In this document: in pieces, positions 11,051-23,700 of the stretch | Position numbering within the stretch: the stretch's first letter is position 1 | Layout: the number at the start of each line of letters is the position of its first letter | Source: Botryllus schlosseri | Taxonomy: Eukaryota | DNA length: 64,000 nt | Assembly: GCA_051294905.1 (NCBI GenBank) | Contig: CM119371.1 | Span: 14,696,001 to 14,760,000 of the forward strand | Direction of reading: 5' to 3' | The notes under the pieces: generated by a model | Databases searched by the model: none | Seen by the model: only the letters and a program-made list of their open reading frames with translations | Told to the model about the DNA's origin: nothing | Made by a program: the position numbers and the translations under genes

Positions 11051-14000
11051 CCAGAATAGTGGCTGACTTTAGTTGCGTGATAAGATCCATGAAAATATTC
11101 AATCAATGTGTTAGTTTATCAACTTGAAATGAAACCCACTACACAAATCAAGTCGATTCGTATCTGAATGTTCTAAATCGGTACAACTCTAATCCTTTGA
11201 CAAATCCCTTAACACGTTTTTGTTGAATCGAACGTAACCCGAATATTACTGACGCCGACTTTCAGCCACATCGAATTATTCGCACACCCGCGCCGCTGTT
11301 TTCACACTTATAGAATCAATACCAACTATAATTCTACAAGAATCAAGAATCACAAGTATGTGCATTACACAGTTATTGTCTTTATTAACTTGAAATCAAA
11401 CACTTAACAAAAACACGCAACTAATCATTTGGCAACTCTAGCATTACCAAAAAAATTCCAGTATTGTTGATTGAAAATCCTTGAGTCATTATTATCAAAA
11501 ATGTTATAGTACCGCATCGGGATCCATTCGCGGGATGTACTAAAGGTAAATCCAGATAATCCAAAATGAAATATTTGGACTTTGACAAACATGACTACCA
11601 ACTTTGATCCAGTCACATTTCAAGATCATACTTTGAAACAATCCTTGAAACTTACAACTCTATTCACGACTGAGTTTTCCGTTTATCAGTTTCAGTAAAT
11701 ACTATCGCGATATTTTAATGTGTTACTACACACAATAGAATCAATCAATGAAATAGCACATGTTGTAAATATTTCTAACTTGACAACCACTTGTGCATAC
11801 CGCGATCGACTTGTGACGCGATGAGTTAAATCGTAAATCGGAATATTTCAATCTATTTGTCGAAACCTTGAACAAACTATCAGGTTATTTTTTTTGTTGT
11901 AATCGAGCGAACGGAAATTACCGCCGCTTGATTAATACCTAATCCATTCGCACCATTTCACATACTTTGATCATTACAAAAGTAAATTGGAATATGTTTG
12001 CTAGATGCATTCAATTCAGTTACAAATGTCTGTTACACAACAATCGTAATATCGAGGAAGTACTTGCTACACTGTAATTCACTTAACGTGTTTTGTATTG
12101 TTGTTCATTTGTAGTATTGATTGTTTTGAACCCCCAAATAATAATTTCCGACATGAAACCAAATCGCTGAAAGTCGTTACCATCACAACGAAACAATTTG
12201 TACGATGTTTGCCAAATGTATCCTATAGTTAGATGTGCTAGAATTATTTGTCTAACACATACACCGACAATGCAATCGAAAATTTCTCCGTTGTCATTCG
12301 CTAAAGTAAATGTCATCACAATACTCTGTCACTAAAAGACGTTACTTGTATGTGATTGAATCCCTAACAATTATCTCACTAAACCGAACTCGACGGATAT
12401 GAAACAGCGTCGCTTAATCGGTCTATATCGTTTTCCTAAAGGTAAATCATATCCATCCAATAGAAAACAATTTTCACTAGCTTGGTAATGAAACCGAAGT
12501 CTTCGTTCGATATTTTGTTTGTGTCAAATACTTTGCAATAAACACACTGGAGTGGTTGATCTTTACATCATCAGACTGTAATCTGTAAATCAAGCTTACA
12601 TCCGATTTGTAACTGTATTGTTTATCTAACCGAGTTGTATGCACAGTTTGATATTTTTGTCATTTAGTGATTGCAGAACATACACTTCGAATCACTCCAT
12701 TGATCGTAATTTCCATCATCGTGATAATCGAAGTACATTTGTTTCGAGTTCATAACAACCGGTTTTTCTATGACATGATAAATTATTGACAAGTTCTGCT
12801 TAGAAGATTGGTTGCATATCTCGAAAAATAATATACCGCTCATATTGATACTGTTACTCGATATTTTTCCCGTTGTCGATTTTCAAACGAGTAAAATTTA
12901 TTACTTGAGTTTCTCCACTTACTATATGTAAATGCAAACTCAGCCGTCTTTTAACATCACAAAGACATTGATAAAAAGTAGGCAATCAAACGCTACAAGT
13001 TTAACTTTTGTAGGTTGTGTATGATTACCCCACACAACTCATTTCTTACCAAAAGTATATGAAATATATTCATGTCACACGAAAATATTCGCTCGATATT
13101 CCCATGCTACGAACCTGTACAAGGATTGGTGGTGCTTTCAAACTGTTTCGATACCTCAAGAACTTTATTGTCTGAATGGATGTTCATGTATCTTAATAAC
13201 CAAATAGTTCAACACAGAACTAGCACGAACAGAAACATCAGAGTTGTTTACACAAAAGTTTGTATATGTGCACAGTATGCGAATACCATGTGTAAGTCCA
13301 GCACAATTGTGGCATCTATCCGAGTGTAGTTAACACAAATCTATTACAACGAACCACGTAAACTTTCGTGAAAGAAAAGCATACTCACGTCCGAGGGTTC
13401 TGTCAATGTCATAGCAATAAATCAGTTACTCCAACAACAGAGTACATATGTTTCTAGTTACGGTGTTTACATATTACACACAAAACAATTTACTTTGTAA
13501 CGAAAAGTGCTGAGTCATCATATGATTGTCCTCACAACAATACAACTAAGTCATACTATCATACAAAATGGTCGTTATAGTTTGCTCACCGACGGTACAT
13601 CGTAAAAGTAACAAGTTTCGAGGATCGAGTTATTGAAAAAAAAAAACGTTAAAGTGTTTCTACGCCAAATCGTTATGTTGACGAAAGTGTATATTGTAAT
13701 ATCATGATCGATTTGCATTCGTTGGTCACAAACTGTCACTATACTCTAAATAACTATTTTCACTCAAAAGCATACTTGTCACCATTCGTTTTCATCAAGT
13801 ACGAGTTCAAGAAACTTACTACGACATGAATTGTTATTTTTATGTTGTGTAAATAGGTAATCGTTATTTTTAGTAACACTTTATCAATGTCATCGAGTTG
13901 TGCGAAAAGATTTACACGTGGTCTTGCGGTTTTAATCGAAGTACACATCATGGTCTAATGTAGAGTCGTCTCTATTGTACAACAACTCGGTAATCGAAAT

Positions 14001-14174
14001 GCATGCATTAACATTTGAACAACGATCTTGTTTCGTCGCACCAAAAACATGTTCACTGTCACAATACTCTGCACAAGACGTGGAAATCCTTTTCACCCTC
14101 ATAATAGTATACCAACGACCACCGACGACAACGTTTAACAATACCAACGACACTGGAAATACTGAACCCACGAC

Positions 14175-14945
14175 ACTTACCCGAGTAAAAACACATTTTC
14201 CTTTGGCTACATGGCGCTTACCAGAGTAAAAAATATCATTATCACCTGGAGATCCACCGTTACCCGAGCAACAAAACCATTTTCCTTTGGAGATCTATAG
14301 TTTACCCAGTGTAACAATACATTTTCACATGGCGGTCCATCGTTTACCCAGAGTAACAAAACCATTTTCACTTGCAAATATATTTTTCCCTGGGTTACAA
14401 ACCATTTTCACTTGCAAATATATTTTTTCCCTGGGTAACAAACCTTTTTCACTTGTAAATATATTTTTTCTCTTGGTAACAAACCTTTTTCACTTGGAAA
14501 TATATTTTTTCTCTTGGTAACAAACCTTTTTCACTTGGAAATCTATTTTTCCCAGGGTAACAAACCTTTTTCACTTGCAAATATATTTTTCCCCCTGGGT
14601 AACAAACCTTTTTCACTTGGAAATATATTTTTTCCTTGAGCAACAGACCATTTTTACTTGGAAATATATTTTCCCCCCCGGGTAACAAACCTTTTTCACT
14701 TGGAAATATATTTTTTCCTTGAGCAACAGACCATTTTTACTTGGAAATATATTTTTTCGCTGAGCAACAAACCATTTTCTCTCGGCGGGTCGTCGTTTAC
14801 CTGAGTAAAAATATCATTTTCCTTTGGAGATCTGGCATTTACCCATTGTAACAATACATTTTCACTTGGAAATCTGTCGTTTACCTGAGTAGCAATACCG
14901 TTTTCACTTGGAAATCTATCTTTTCCCTGGGTAACAATACCATTT
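14175..14945. repeat. ~39-40 bp minisatellite
   Basis: Unit GGGTAACAAACCTTTTTCACTTGGAAATATATTTTTTCCC; homogeneous in the centre, degenerate at both edges. Confidence 0.92.
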
Positions 14946-16313
14946 TCGTTTTGAAAACTGACCACCACACCGGTCAATTTGATATTTTTGTATATTGTTA
15001 CAACGAACAGTGACAAAATATACACCAACAACGACTCCGATACATTTGTGTAATCGCATACTCACTTGTTCTGGTGCATCCCATCAAAATTGACGGTTAG
15101 CCACACACACACACACACACAATAACAACGCGCTATTTCGATATGACGGCGGTGTCCGGGTTCGTGCTTTAGATTTTCCAGAATCAATCCGTCTGAAGTT
15201 GTAATCCCGCGACTTTGTTAACTGGTTGATACACGCATAACAATCTTCGGAAAATGTGGGAATGCATGCTACCCATTGTGCGCACGATTCCAGGTTACTT
15301 GTGATTAATTTCCTTGCTCACACTATACAGATTATACGTACAGTGATATGTAGCGGTAATCGGTTTGGTCAATACATATCGCCCCATTTAGTATGGAATT
15401 ATAAACCCAACACAGGTCAGTCCATAACCGGATCCGGATATTCAATGCAAAGCGATAAAGCAGAACCAATGACCAAATGTAATTAAACATGTAGATTCAC
15501 AACCCTTGGTTTTTTTTTTCGTGAAAAATGACAATACATATCGAATATATTTCACGAGAGTTCAACCCTACCAAGTATTCACGTAAATGTGGTTTATGAC
15601 ATTACATACAATGTGTCGGTGTACAAATGTTGGGTGTTTATGCACACATCGGTATGACCTATAGACAACATCATCATACCCTCCAGGACTTCGTTATTGC
15701 ATCGCGAGTTCAATAAAATCAATTTTGTATATTCAATCGGTGGCATAGACGACGGAAGGCTTGGAGATCCAATGTAAAATTCAGACAAACAAACGGGTAT
15801 ATTTGTCCGTCTTGGTTATGCACTCAACTACCATTGGTGCTCTCGATACAGCGAACGGTACAGTATGCAACGCATATCATTATCAATATTTCGTCAATAT
15901 TCCGACTAGCCCACAACCTTTGCAATTGATGATCAAAGTCTACCGTTGGAAGAATCGGACGTGACATTATCTCTGATGTGTTCGCCGGAGCACATAGCCT
16001 ACATCCATTGGAGCCCAATTGGTTATTGCTTTGATGAAGTCCGCCAATTGCGTAATTCTATTTTGATATCTGTAGAGTTGAATCACGGGATTCGGCTTTG
16101 GTATGGCTGTGTGTAATCCTGTAAGTGGGCGCTAACATCGATCATTAGCTTTATTGTCGTACCAAAACAATTCAGAATAGCTGGTGCGTTTGAGAGAAGT
16201 GTATGCGTTCGCGCATTGAAAACGTGGCTATAAGGCAGTCGTTTGCTAATATTCCGTGTCCCGTAGAGATAATCAAATACTTATTAACTTACGTGCAACC
16301 TTAACATTTGTAG

Positions 16314-16438
16314 TGTGTATGAAAATTATGAATTTTACGAAACAAGGAGTATGGTGGTCGTGGTCGCATTGGGTAATGTGCAGAGGTGGCCAACGTACTC
16401 GGCGTTGCTACTCATTGGAAGTCGAAATAACGCCATAA
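16314..16438 (+). other. TSP1-repeat-like exon remnant
   Basis: After acceptor tttgtAG the frame reads GVWWSWSHWVMCRGGQRTRRC (WxxWxxW...C.GG.R.RRC), then stops at 16436. Confidence 0.4.
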
Positions 16439-16714
16439 ATTTCTACTCCATTGCAATGGAAAGTACCAATTTCAAGGATATGTTAAAACAACTTCAAGTA
16501 AAAGTACAGAATGGAGGTCTCATAAGTCACAAGTACCAAAATTGATAGTTCTATAAAGTAGATGCAATCGAGAAGTGGCATAATTTAGCAATTAATCGTG
16601 GGTGTCTACTTCTGGCATTGCCAAATGCGTTTTAGCGACGAACCCAAAATGAAAAATGATACTAGAAATAGGTGCACTTTCCGAAAATAAATTCAGTTAC
16701 CGTGATACATGGGC

Positions 16715-16870
16715 TGTTGTTTGTGGTGGGCATGGCATTTGTCGACTACTATGTTCATTTACAGCAGGCCCATATATTCTTTATTATAATTCCGTATCTG
16801 ACGACTTGTAGCACGACCCTTGCAGCGTCTTTTCAAGAGACCGCGTACGCGGATTAGGTGGCGAGGAGGA
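16715..16870 (-). mobile_element. SINE 3' fragment
   Basis: Reverse complement of the family tail (TTGTTTGTGG..TTTGTCGACTACTATGTTCATTTACA..GGCC..GCGAGGAG). Confidence 0.65.
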
Positions 16871-17632
16871 GTTTCGTCTAAATACTCGTTACTGAAAGAC
16901 ATGTAACTGACCTAAAGCACACGTTTCACACATACAAACAACGCACTTTACCCTTGACATATGTCACCGTGTTTAGGAGTGTATGTGACTTATTGATGTC
17001 CGGGCTACGCCCATATTCGAGTTTGCTTCATGCTCAGGCCGCGTAGTTCCGTCTCTTCATCGCGGGGATCGGATTCGCAATTTAGAACAATCACGATCAA
17101 GCTACACACTATAGAAATGATCCCTAAAAATATGATCTTAGTTTGTCGAGTCCAGTCGCGCGGTGATACTCGAAAAATGATATATAGCTTTAATGGTGAG
17201 CAGAGCATCGTATTTCTCTCTCTCTCCATCCCTCTACCTTTCTTCGCTGCCCACATGCGGATCGCTGATTTCATTCTCTAATCTGGGAGAGTTGAGACTG
17301 CTCTTGCATACGGATGGTAAAGTGAATTTTATCGCCCAACAAGAATTTCTGCTAAGCGTGTGATTATAAGTCTGAATGATAGACGAACGGGGCTACCGAC
17401 GGGATGACACATGTATGTATGTATATACATGGGCTATTTCGCCCGGTCGTTATGACGATTTCACAAATAAAGGTGATGTAAACGTACCCCAAAACTATTT
17501 CCTATTTCACAAAACTGAAAGTGTGAAAAATATGTAGTTTTGCTTAACAACTGAAACTGTAACCATTTGAGTATACTTATATACTTATACCACTTGAGTA
17601 CCGATACTGAATAGCTTACATCACGTTTCCAG

Positions 17633-17767
17633 ACCAACGAGGGTGCTTCGCTCCGAACGAATTGGGCAATTGTGAAACGCTGTCCAAGTATTTCTGCAGC
17701 AACACTAACGCATTCCACTGCTGTAATGGGGATAATTGCAATAGCCAAGATCCGCTGCTGAACTGGG
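17633..17767 (+). CDS. Exon: C-terminal half of Ly6/uPAR (three-finger) domain 1
   Basis: QRGCFAPNELGNCETLSKYFCSNTNAFHCCNGDNCNSQ (RGC...CCxxDxCN); bounded by tttccAG / GTGAG. Confidence 0.85.
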
Positions 17768-20700
17768 GTGAGATATTGTTTGTTTGTTTGTTTCGTGGTA
17801 TTCATGGTGTTTGTCGACTACTAAGGTCATTTACATCAGGCCGATATTCTTCATTTTCCGTAACTGCCGACTTATAGCACGGCCCACTTCTAGGGTTTTT
17901 GTAAGACACTGCTTACGCGGATGAGGCGGTGTCTTACAAAAAGGGGTGAGATATTGCGGATGGCACCGATTTAGATAAAACTATAGCGCATGTGTGCATG
18001 TAGCGTGGCGCGCACCATTTGCGGTTCAAGTTCGCATAATCACCAAATTTCCAAAAACTTCTGGTGTGAAAAAACACTGAAGCACTGTGACTGATACAAA
18101 TGCGAATTTTTGATATTTTCAATGACCCTCACTATGATTGCCTCCTCTACATAGATAGAAGGTTAATTTAACGATAAATCACCCCAGATGCAGTGATATG
18201 ACAAGCAGCGATGTAGGATGATACTAAAGAGCTAATTGGAGGTGCAGAACTCCAATATACAATTCAATATTATATTCATAATGAAATTAACCCGTGATGC
18301 GCTCGGAGAAAAGCTCACCCTTGATTCATCCCCTGAAACCTGATTCAGAACAGACAAAGGTCATGAATTCTTCCATTGGTAAGCATTTGTTAGATAATCT
18401 TGTTTGTGTGAAAGCTTATCGAGACGATCGATTTCGCATCGCCAGGAGAAGCCGTTCGCACCTTCATTTGTGTGCCTTGGAGTCGACTTTTTTAAAAATA
18501 CGCCAGCCAAGTCTGTACCAACAAAAGGAGTTCGTGTACAATCTAAAAATAGTGCATTCAGATTAAGCACTCTCATTGCTATGATTGTTTGAAATGTCAT
18601 GTTGGCGACGTAATACTTTGTGATACGATTGTCGCCATACAATGTTCCTTCCACTTCTCTCTATTAGTTGCTGACTATTACCCTGACGAGTACCAGCCAA
18701 ATATATTCGTATTCATTTCAATATGAATACACTATTCATTAGGAGGTGCTCTTGTTAAATGCTTTTTAATCTAAAAATGACGCTCGAAAACGTATGTGAG
18801 TATAAAAGATTTTGCAGCTCGAAGACGTGATACTGGAAGCAGGCTATGCTATTTTCAGCAATTGCGTCATTCCGTTAGTCCGACGTATGAATTACCGACC
18901 GGGACGCTTAAATTTCACCAAGACTATCGCACTATCGGCACGAATATTACTATTATAAATATAAAGCATTTGACGGGGCTATCCTGATGCATTCATCTCT
19001 TGCTTGTCTTTTGTGATCATGGGCTAGGCATATAGATCCAGGCCGATGAGGATATGTTAAGTTGGAAGTGAGTAAAACTGGTTGAATTCACCCGCACTGT
19101 AAAGACGTTGATCGATATATTGTCCTGTAATATACAATGTTGTTCAGCATCGTCTGTTCTAATACATATTCGTGATAACGTCATGACAGTTTTGTTCGTC
19201 GTGCCCCAACCGCCAATCGTCCCCCCATCTACCCGCAGATTCAATTGCAACATTTGCAATGGGTCTAAGAAAATCGAATAAAACGTAATCCCGAGTGAAG
19301 TTATGCTTGATACCAACTCTAAGTCACTCAGTACACCGACTATAATGTACGTACGTACACTCGATCTAGCCCAACAAGCACTTCATAACTAACGCTCACT
19401 AACGAAATCTCAACTTCTGTGCCGAATTGAAACATCACTATTATCAGGGCCGTAACTGCCGCACCCCAAACCCCCCAATTGGGGAGGCCGAGCTCGAAGG
19501 GGGCCCAAAATTATTTCGTGAATTAGCATAAATTATAGAGTACTTTTGGAAAATTTAAGCAACTTTATCAGAAATTTTTCGCGCTGCGCGCGATTTCAAG
19601 CTGCCAAATATCTTGAATATTGGGTACTCTTCCCACAATAAAAAATACCCAAGATTTATAGAAATGGGCATATCAGCGTCGGCCATTACCTGGCCACGGC
19701 GCACCAAGACGTATAAAGTTTTAGGCCATGCAACATGCGACTGCAAGAAGTGTGCCAGAACGATCGGCAGCGAGAAAACCTTGGCCGAAAAGGACTGCCC
19801 GTATGCTGACCGAAAACTTCGTTATATATACAAAATACATGTGGGTTTAATAGTCCATAGACGCCTAAATGACTGGCACCTAAATGTTCCTGTCTGGACA
19901 ATCTGAACCTCACAAGACAAATACCACCCCGCAGGGAAAAATTATATGCCAGTGCAGAAATACCAATTTGAAATCGTGAGATCTTCTAGTTTAGTACGTT
20001 TCGGCGATTGTATATTTTTGATATAGCAGACGAAATAACATCATGTAACGAAATCATACCAACGGGTCCACCTGCCCGAAGATGTTTAATTATTATTTAC
20101 GGGCTCTAAATTTCCAAGACAACACCTGACTCAGCTCTACCGGTAAATCTGATTACGTAAGCAACTGAGTGTAGAGGACAAGGAATTGATAGCAATATAT
20201 ATGCAATTCCCGATCTTATTGGCCGATTTTATCTTGAACTATCGAAAATTTTCGCGCTTCGCGCTGGCTTACTACGCAATACATCTATACTTTCGTGGCA
20301 AAGTGAACAACGTGGTGGCGGCCTGGAGGGTCGGTTTGTCACCCTATGGGAGCCCAAGACTCCAGTTTTTTGGGGCCTGACGAAGTGCTGTTTCGTTCCT
20401 GCCAACGGGTATACAATACATCCGGTCCTACCCTTTCAAGCACAACTCACTCTGCTCTACCGGTAAATCTTATTACGTGAGCAGAGAAAGGATAAAAATT
20501 GATAGCAATATATATGCAATTCCTGATCATATCGCTCGATTCAGTCATGAATTATAGAAATTTTTCGCGCTTCGCGCGTTTAGACGGTAAAAACTGACTC
20601 AGTAAACGGCCCCCCGATATAGATGATACGCAGCGGTGAACAACGTACAGCCTGAGGGGAGTCTGGGGGGCTTCGCCCCCCATAAGTTAGGTTTATCACC

Positions 20701-23700
20701 CTATGGGGGCCCAGGACCAACGTTTTGGGGGGGGGAGGCTGACGAAGTGCTGTTACGGCCCTGACTATTATGTACTCATCGTTTTAAAAGCTCCGAAGAT
20801 ACCAACAAACTTGGTGAGTTACGTGACTGATTCATCGGTTGAGCTGTCGTGGGATCCCATTTGCATCGGAGATTATCGTTATGACGTAGAATATGCAAAA
20901 TTGCTTGGCGGAACAACTGCAGGTCAAGACCACACAACAGTCGCGGTATACACGAATGCGGTGAGTACTGAGTAGGCATATATGTGGATTTGCTACTACG
21001 CAGTTGCGAGATAGTCATAATCACTAAAAAAAACTAGGTGGAATGGGTCCTACAGCTTTGTAACAGAAGCTGGGCGCGACCGTTCGAATAGTCGAATGGA
21101 GTAGCTGGAGTTGATATTTTCTATTGCCGAAGTTATGACCCTTCCGTCTAGGAATTGTGTTTGCTGTAACGACGCTTATATCGCACCGTGAGACTATATC
21201 TAAGCCATTTTGATTCCATTGTTAGTGAATGGTTGTTACTCCGACTCTCTGATGTAATCGCATAATGATATACTTACTTAAATACAATTTTCTGGTCTTC
21301 TTTCACTGCGTGTGACATCTTAGTTACTTGTATTAGACTGTTCAGCTCGATACTAAAACTGGACTCAAAAAGAAGGAAGGCATGTCAAAATATATTAGCT
21401 ACCATCTTTCACCATCTGCATCGCCCAGTTGTCATGGCAATTTTTCATGCGAAAGCGATACAAATCTCCCCACGTACTACGCTCTACTATTGACAAAACT
21501 TGAAATATATAAATGAATTATGTTTGCTGCGGAAACTGTCGTTGAAGTAGAAGTGGCAGTGATCTAACACGAAACCGCTTGAGTAAGCTAAGTAGCAAAA
21601 TTGCACAAAACTTACTTGAGTATTTCGCAAATAGGATTAGGCTACTTCGTAACTGACCAAGTGACCATTCCTGACTGTTGTGGCTAGTTTCGATCCACTA
21701 AAGTCAAATATTCGTACGGGACAGAAACATTTCTTTGCTGATACAATGCATCTATTTACCAGATCGAGGTTGGTTCGCTGGAATCCGGAAGTTCGTACCT
21801 TTTCCGGGTGAGATCATATCACGGCGGAGTTTTCAGTGCGGCCCAGGCTGTCGAGGCCTCAACACTCGCGACATCAACAACAACAGGTCTGTGAAATGTG
21901 ATAGGGTGAAGACATCGTACGAGAAATCATGGTGCAGATGTTGACTGTTGTGGTGGTAGGTCGTGTGCAGTAGCGCACTCGGGAAAGGTTGGTTTTCGAA
22001 ACCGAAACCGCGACCTTCTGAAACGCCAATTACATCTCCAATATGTAGAAGCAATGTGTTTAAGCGACTGGTATTACGCTGTTGCGTATCGGTCGAACAA
22101 TTCGATGACACTTTCCAAGGTGTAGCGGTGAAGCCTCCCATTTGTGAACTGATGTCTGAATGGAAACAGTAGAAGTCATAGTGATTTTCGATAAATATTC
22201 ATTATAATGTTCTATTTAGTAAAATGTTTTCGTTCTTTTAACACTCTGTTGATTAACCTGATGTACAGTTCATTTTATACACCAGTAATCTATGGTGATG
22301 TATTAGATGTCTAGTTAGATGTGGATTGCGGTAGATTTTTGTTCTTATGACTCGTCGAAAATTTCGGGTCTACGAAGGCTTGCAGTTTAGAGTAACTGTT
22401 CCGCGGGTTGGTAAAGATTAAGAACCACTGATCTATAAACAGAGGGAGTGCAAGTGCTCGGCGATGGTAATCAAATAGAAGTAGAATCAACGCCTGATTT
22501 TTCAACTCCATTACAAGTTGCCATTTCCAAGGCATGTTAACACTACTTCAAGTGGGAGTACAATATGATTGGTATTAAAATCACTAGGGTTTACCTTACA
22601 CAAGTTAGAATTACGGAAAGTTTTTGTTGCAGTTAAATACGTGGAAAGTTGCACTTATTATTCACAAAAGTTGCATTTATGGACAGGTTCCCTGAAATTT
22701 TTAGGGTATGAGCAGAGGTGGTCCGTAACGAAGTACTTCTACTTTTTCGAAGTACTCAAGTAGTTTTCCTCTACTTCTGGTACTTACTCAAGTAGATCTT
22801 TTTCCCGATACTTCTACTTTGTAATATTTTGTGAACTATAATTACTTACTTTACGCTATTTTCATTTTGTCAAGTAGAAGTAGTTTAATCCCCCAAGAAG
22901 ATAGCCAAAGGAATTTCTGGGCTGTTTTCACGTAGTACCAACATTTAATTTTCAAGTCATGTAATACCAAGCATTTTCGTTGTGCTTCGCGCCAATGTTC
23001 CCTCTAAGCTGCGCACGTGCGCAAATGCGCAGTGCTGAAACGGTCTCTGCGCACAGAAAATCAACGCTACGCACAAAAAATCAGAAATGATGTTTTTTTT
23101 ATAGTTGTTGCGCACTGTTGTCCAATGGACCGCGCAGACGCGCAGATTCGTGAAAATTAAGATGGAACATTGCCAGGGCCAAATAGTGTTATCACTGAAG
23201 TCTGAAACCGAAGTACATAAGTGCGCCCTGCAAAGGTAACTATTTGCGCTCCGTGAAGAAATGAGAGTTCACAATCACCTGCGCCTCAAGGCAGATATTT
23301 TTTTTAGTATGGCCTCGTACACGTGAGCGATACTGATATCATTTCATTAGCGCATTATTTGCTGGGAATGGGGAAATAGCATGGTTTAACAAAGTTATAA
23401 ATAACAACGGGCTAGCTCGAAGTTAATCTGCGAGAAACTAACGAATGATAGTCTTCTCCGCGTGGCATGGACATTGCGTAAGATTTACTCAGGACCGTAA
23501 CTTTCGCACCCCAAACCCCCCAATTGGAGGGGCCGAGCTCGAAAGGGGTCCAAAATTATTTCGAGAATTAACACAAATCATGGTGTATTTTTTGAAATTT
23601 TTCAGGAATTTTTTTTTCGCGCTACGCGCATTTTATTATTCTAAGATATCTGATTATTGGGCACCCTTTCCCAACAAAAATTAGGCATGATTAATAGAAA

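Larger units (their letters stand above)
9625..16200. mobile_element. Possible decayed Maverick/Polinton-like or other virus-like insertion (right boundary uncertain)
   Basis: Abrupt start with AGTAGTTATTAGG, then GC-rich subterminal repeats, longer repeats, AT-rich broken coding-like DNA and a 40-bp tandem array. No hallmark gene or right TIR identified. Confidence 0.35.

Noticed and set aside
14175..14945. CRISPR-like array
   Set aside because: Units are contiguous with no unique spacers, there are no cas genes, and the context is eukaryotic. The same applies to 9670-10200.
17038..17195. Candidate exon for the first half of Ly6 domain 1
   Set aside because: It is phase-compatible with a GTGAGC donor, but has only one Cys and no Ly6 pattern, so it was left out of the model.
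18682..18790. Hammerhead ribozyme after the Penelope remnant (CTGACGAG)
   Set aside because: No closing stem II and no GAAA at the required position.
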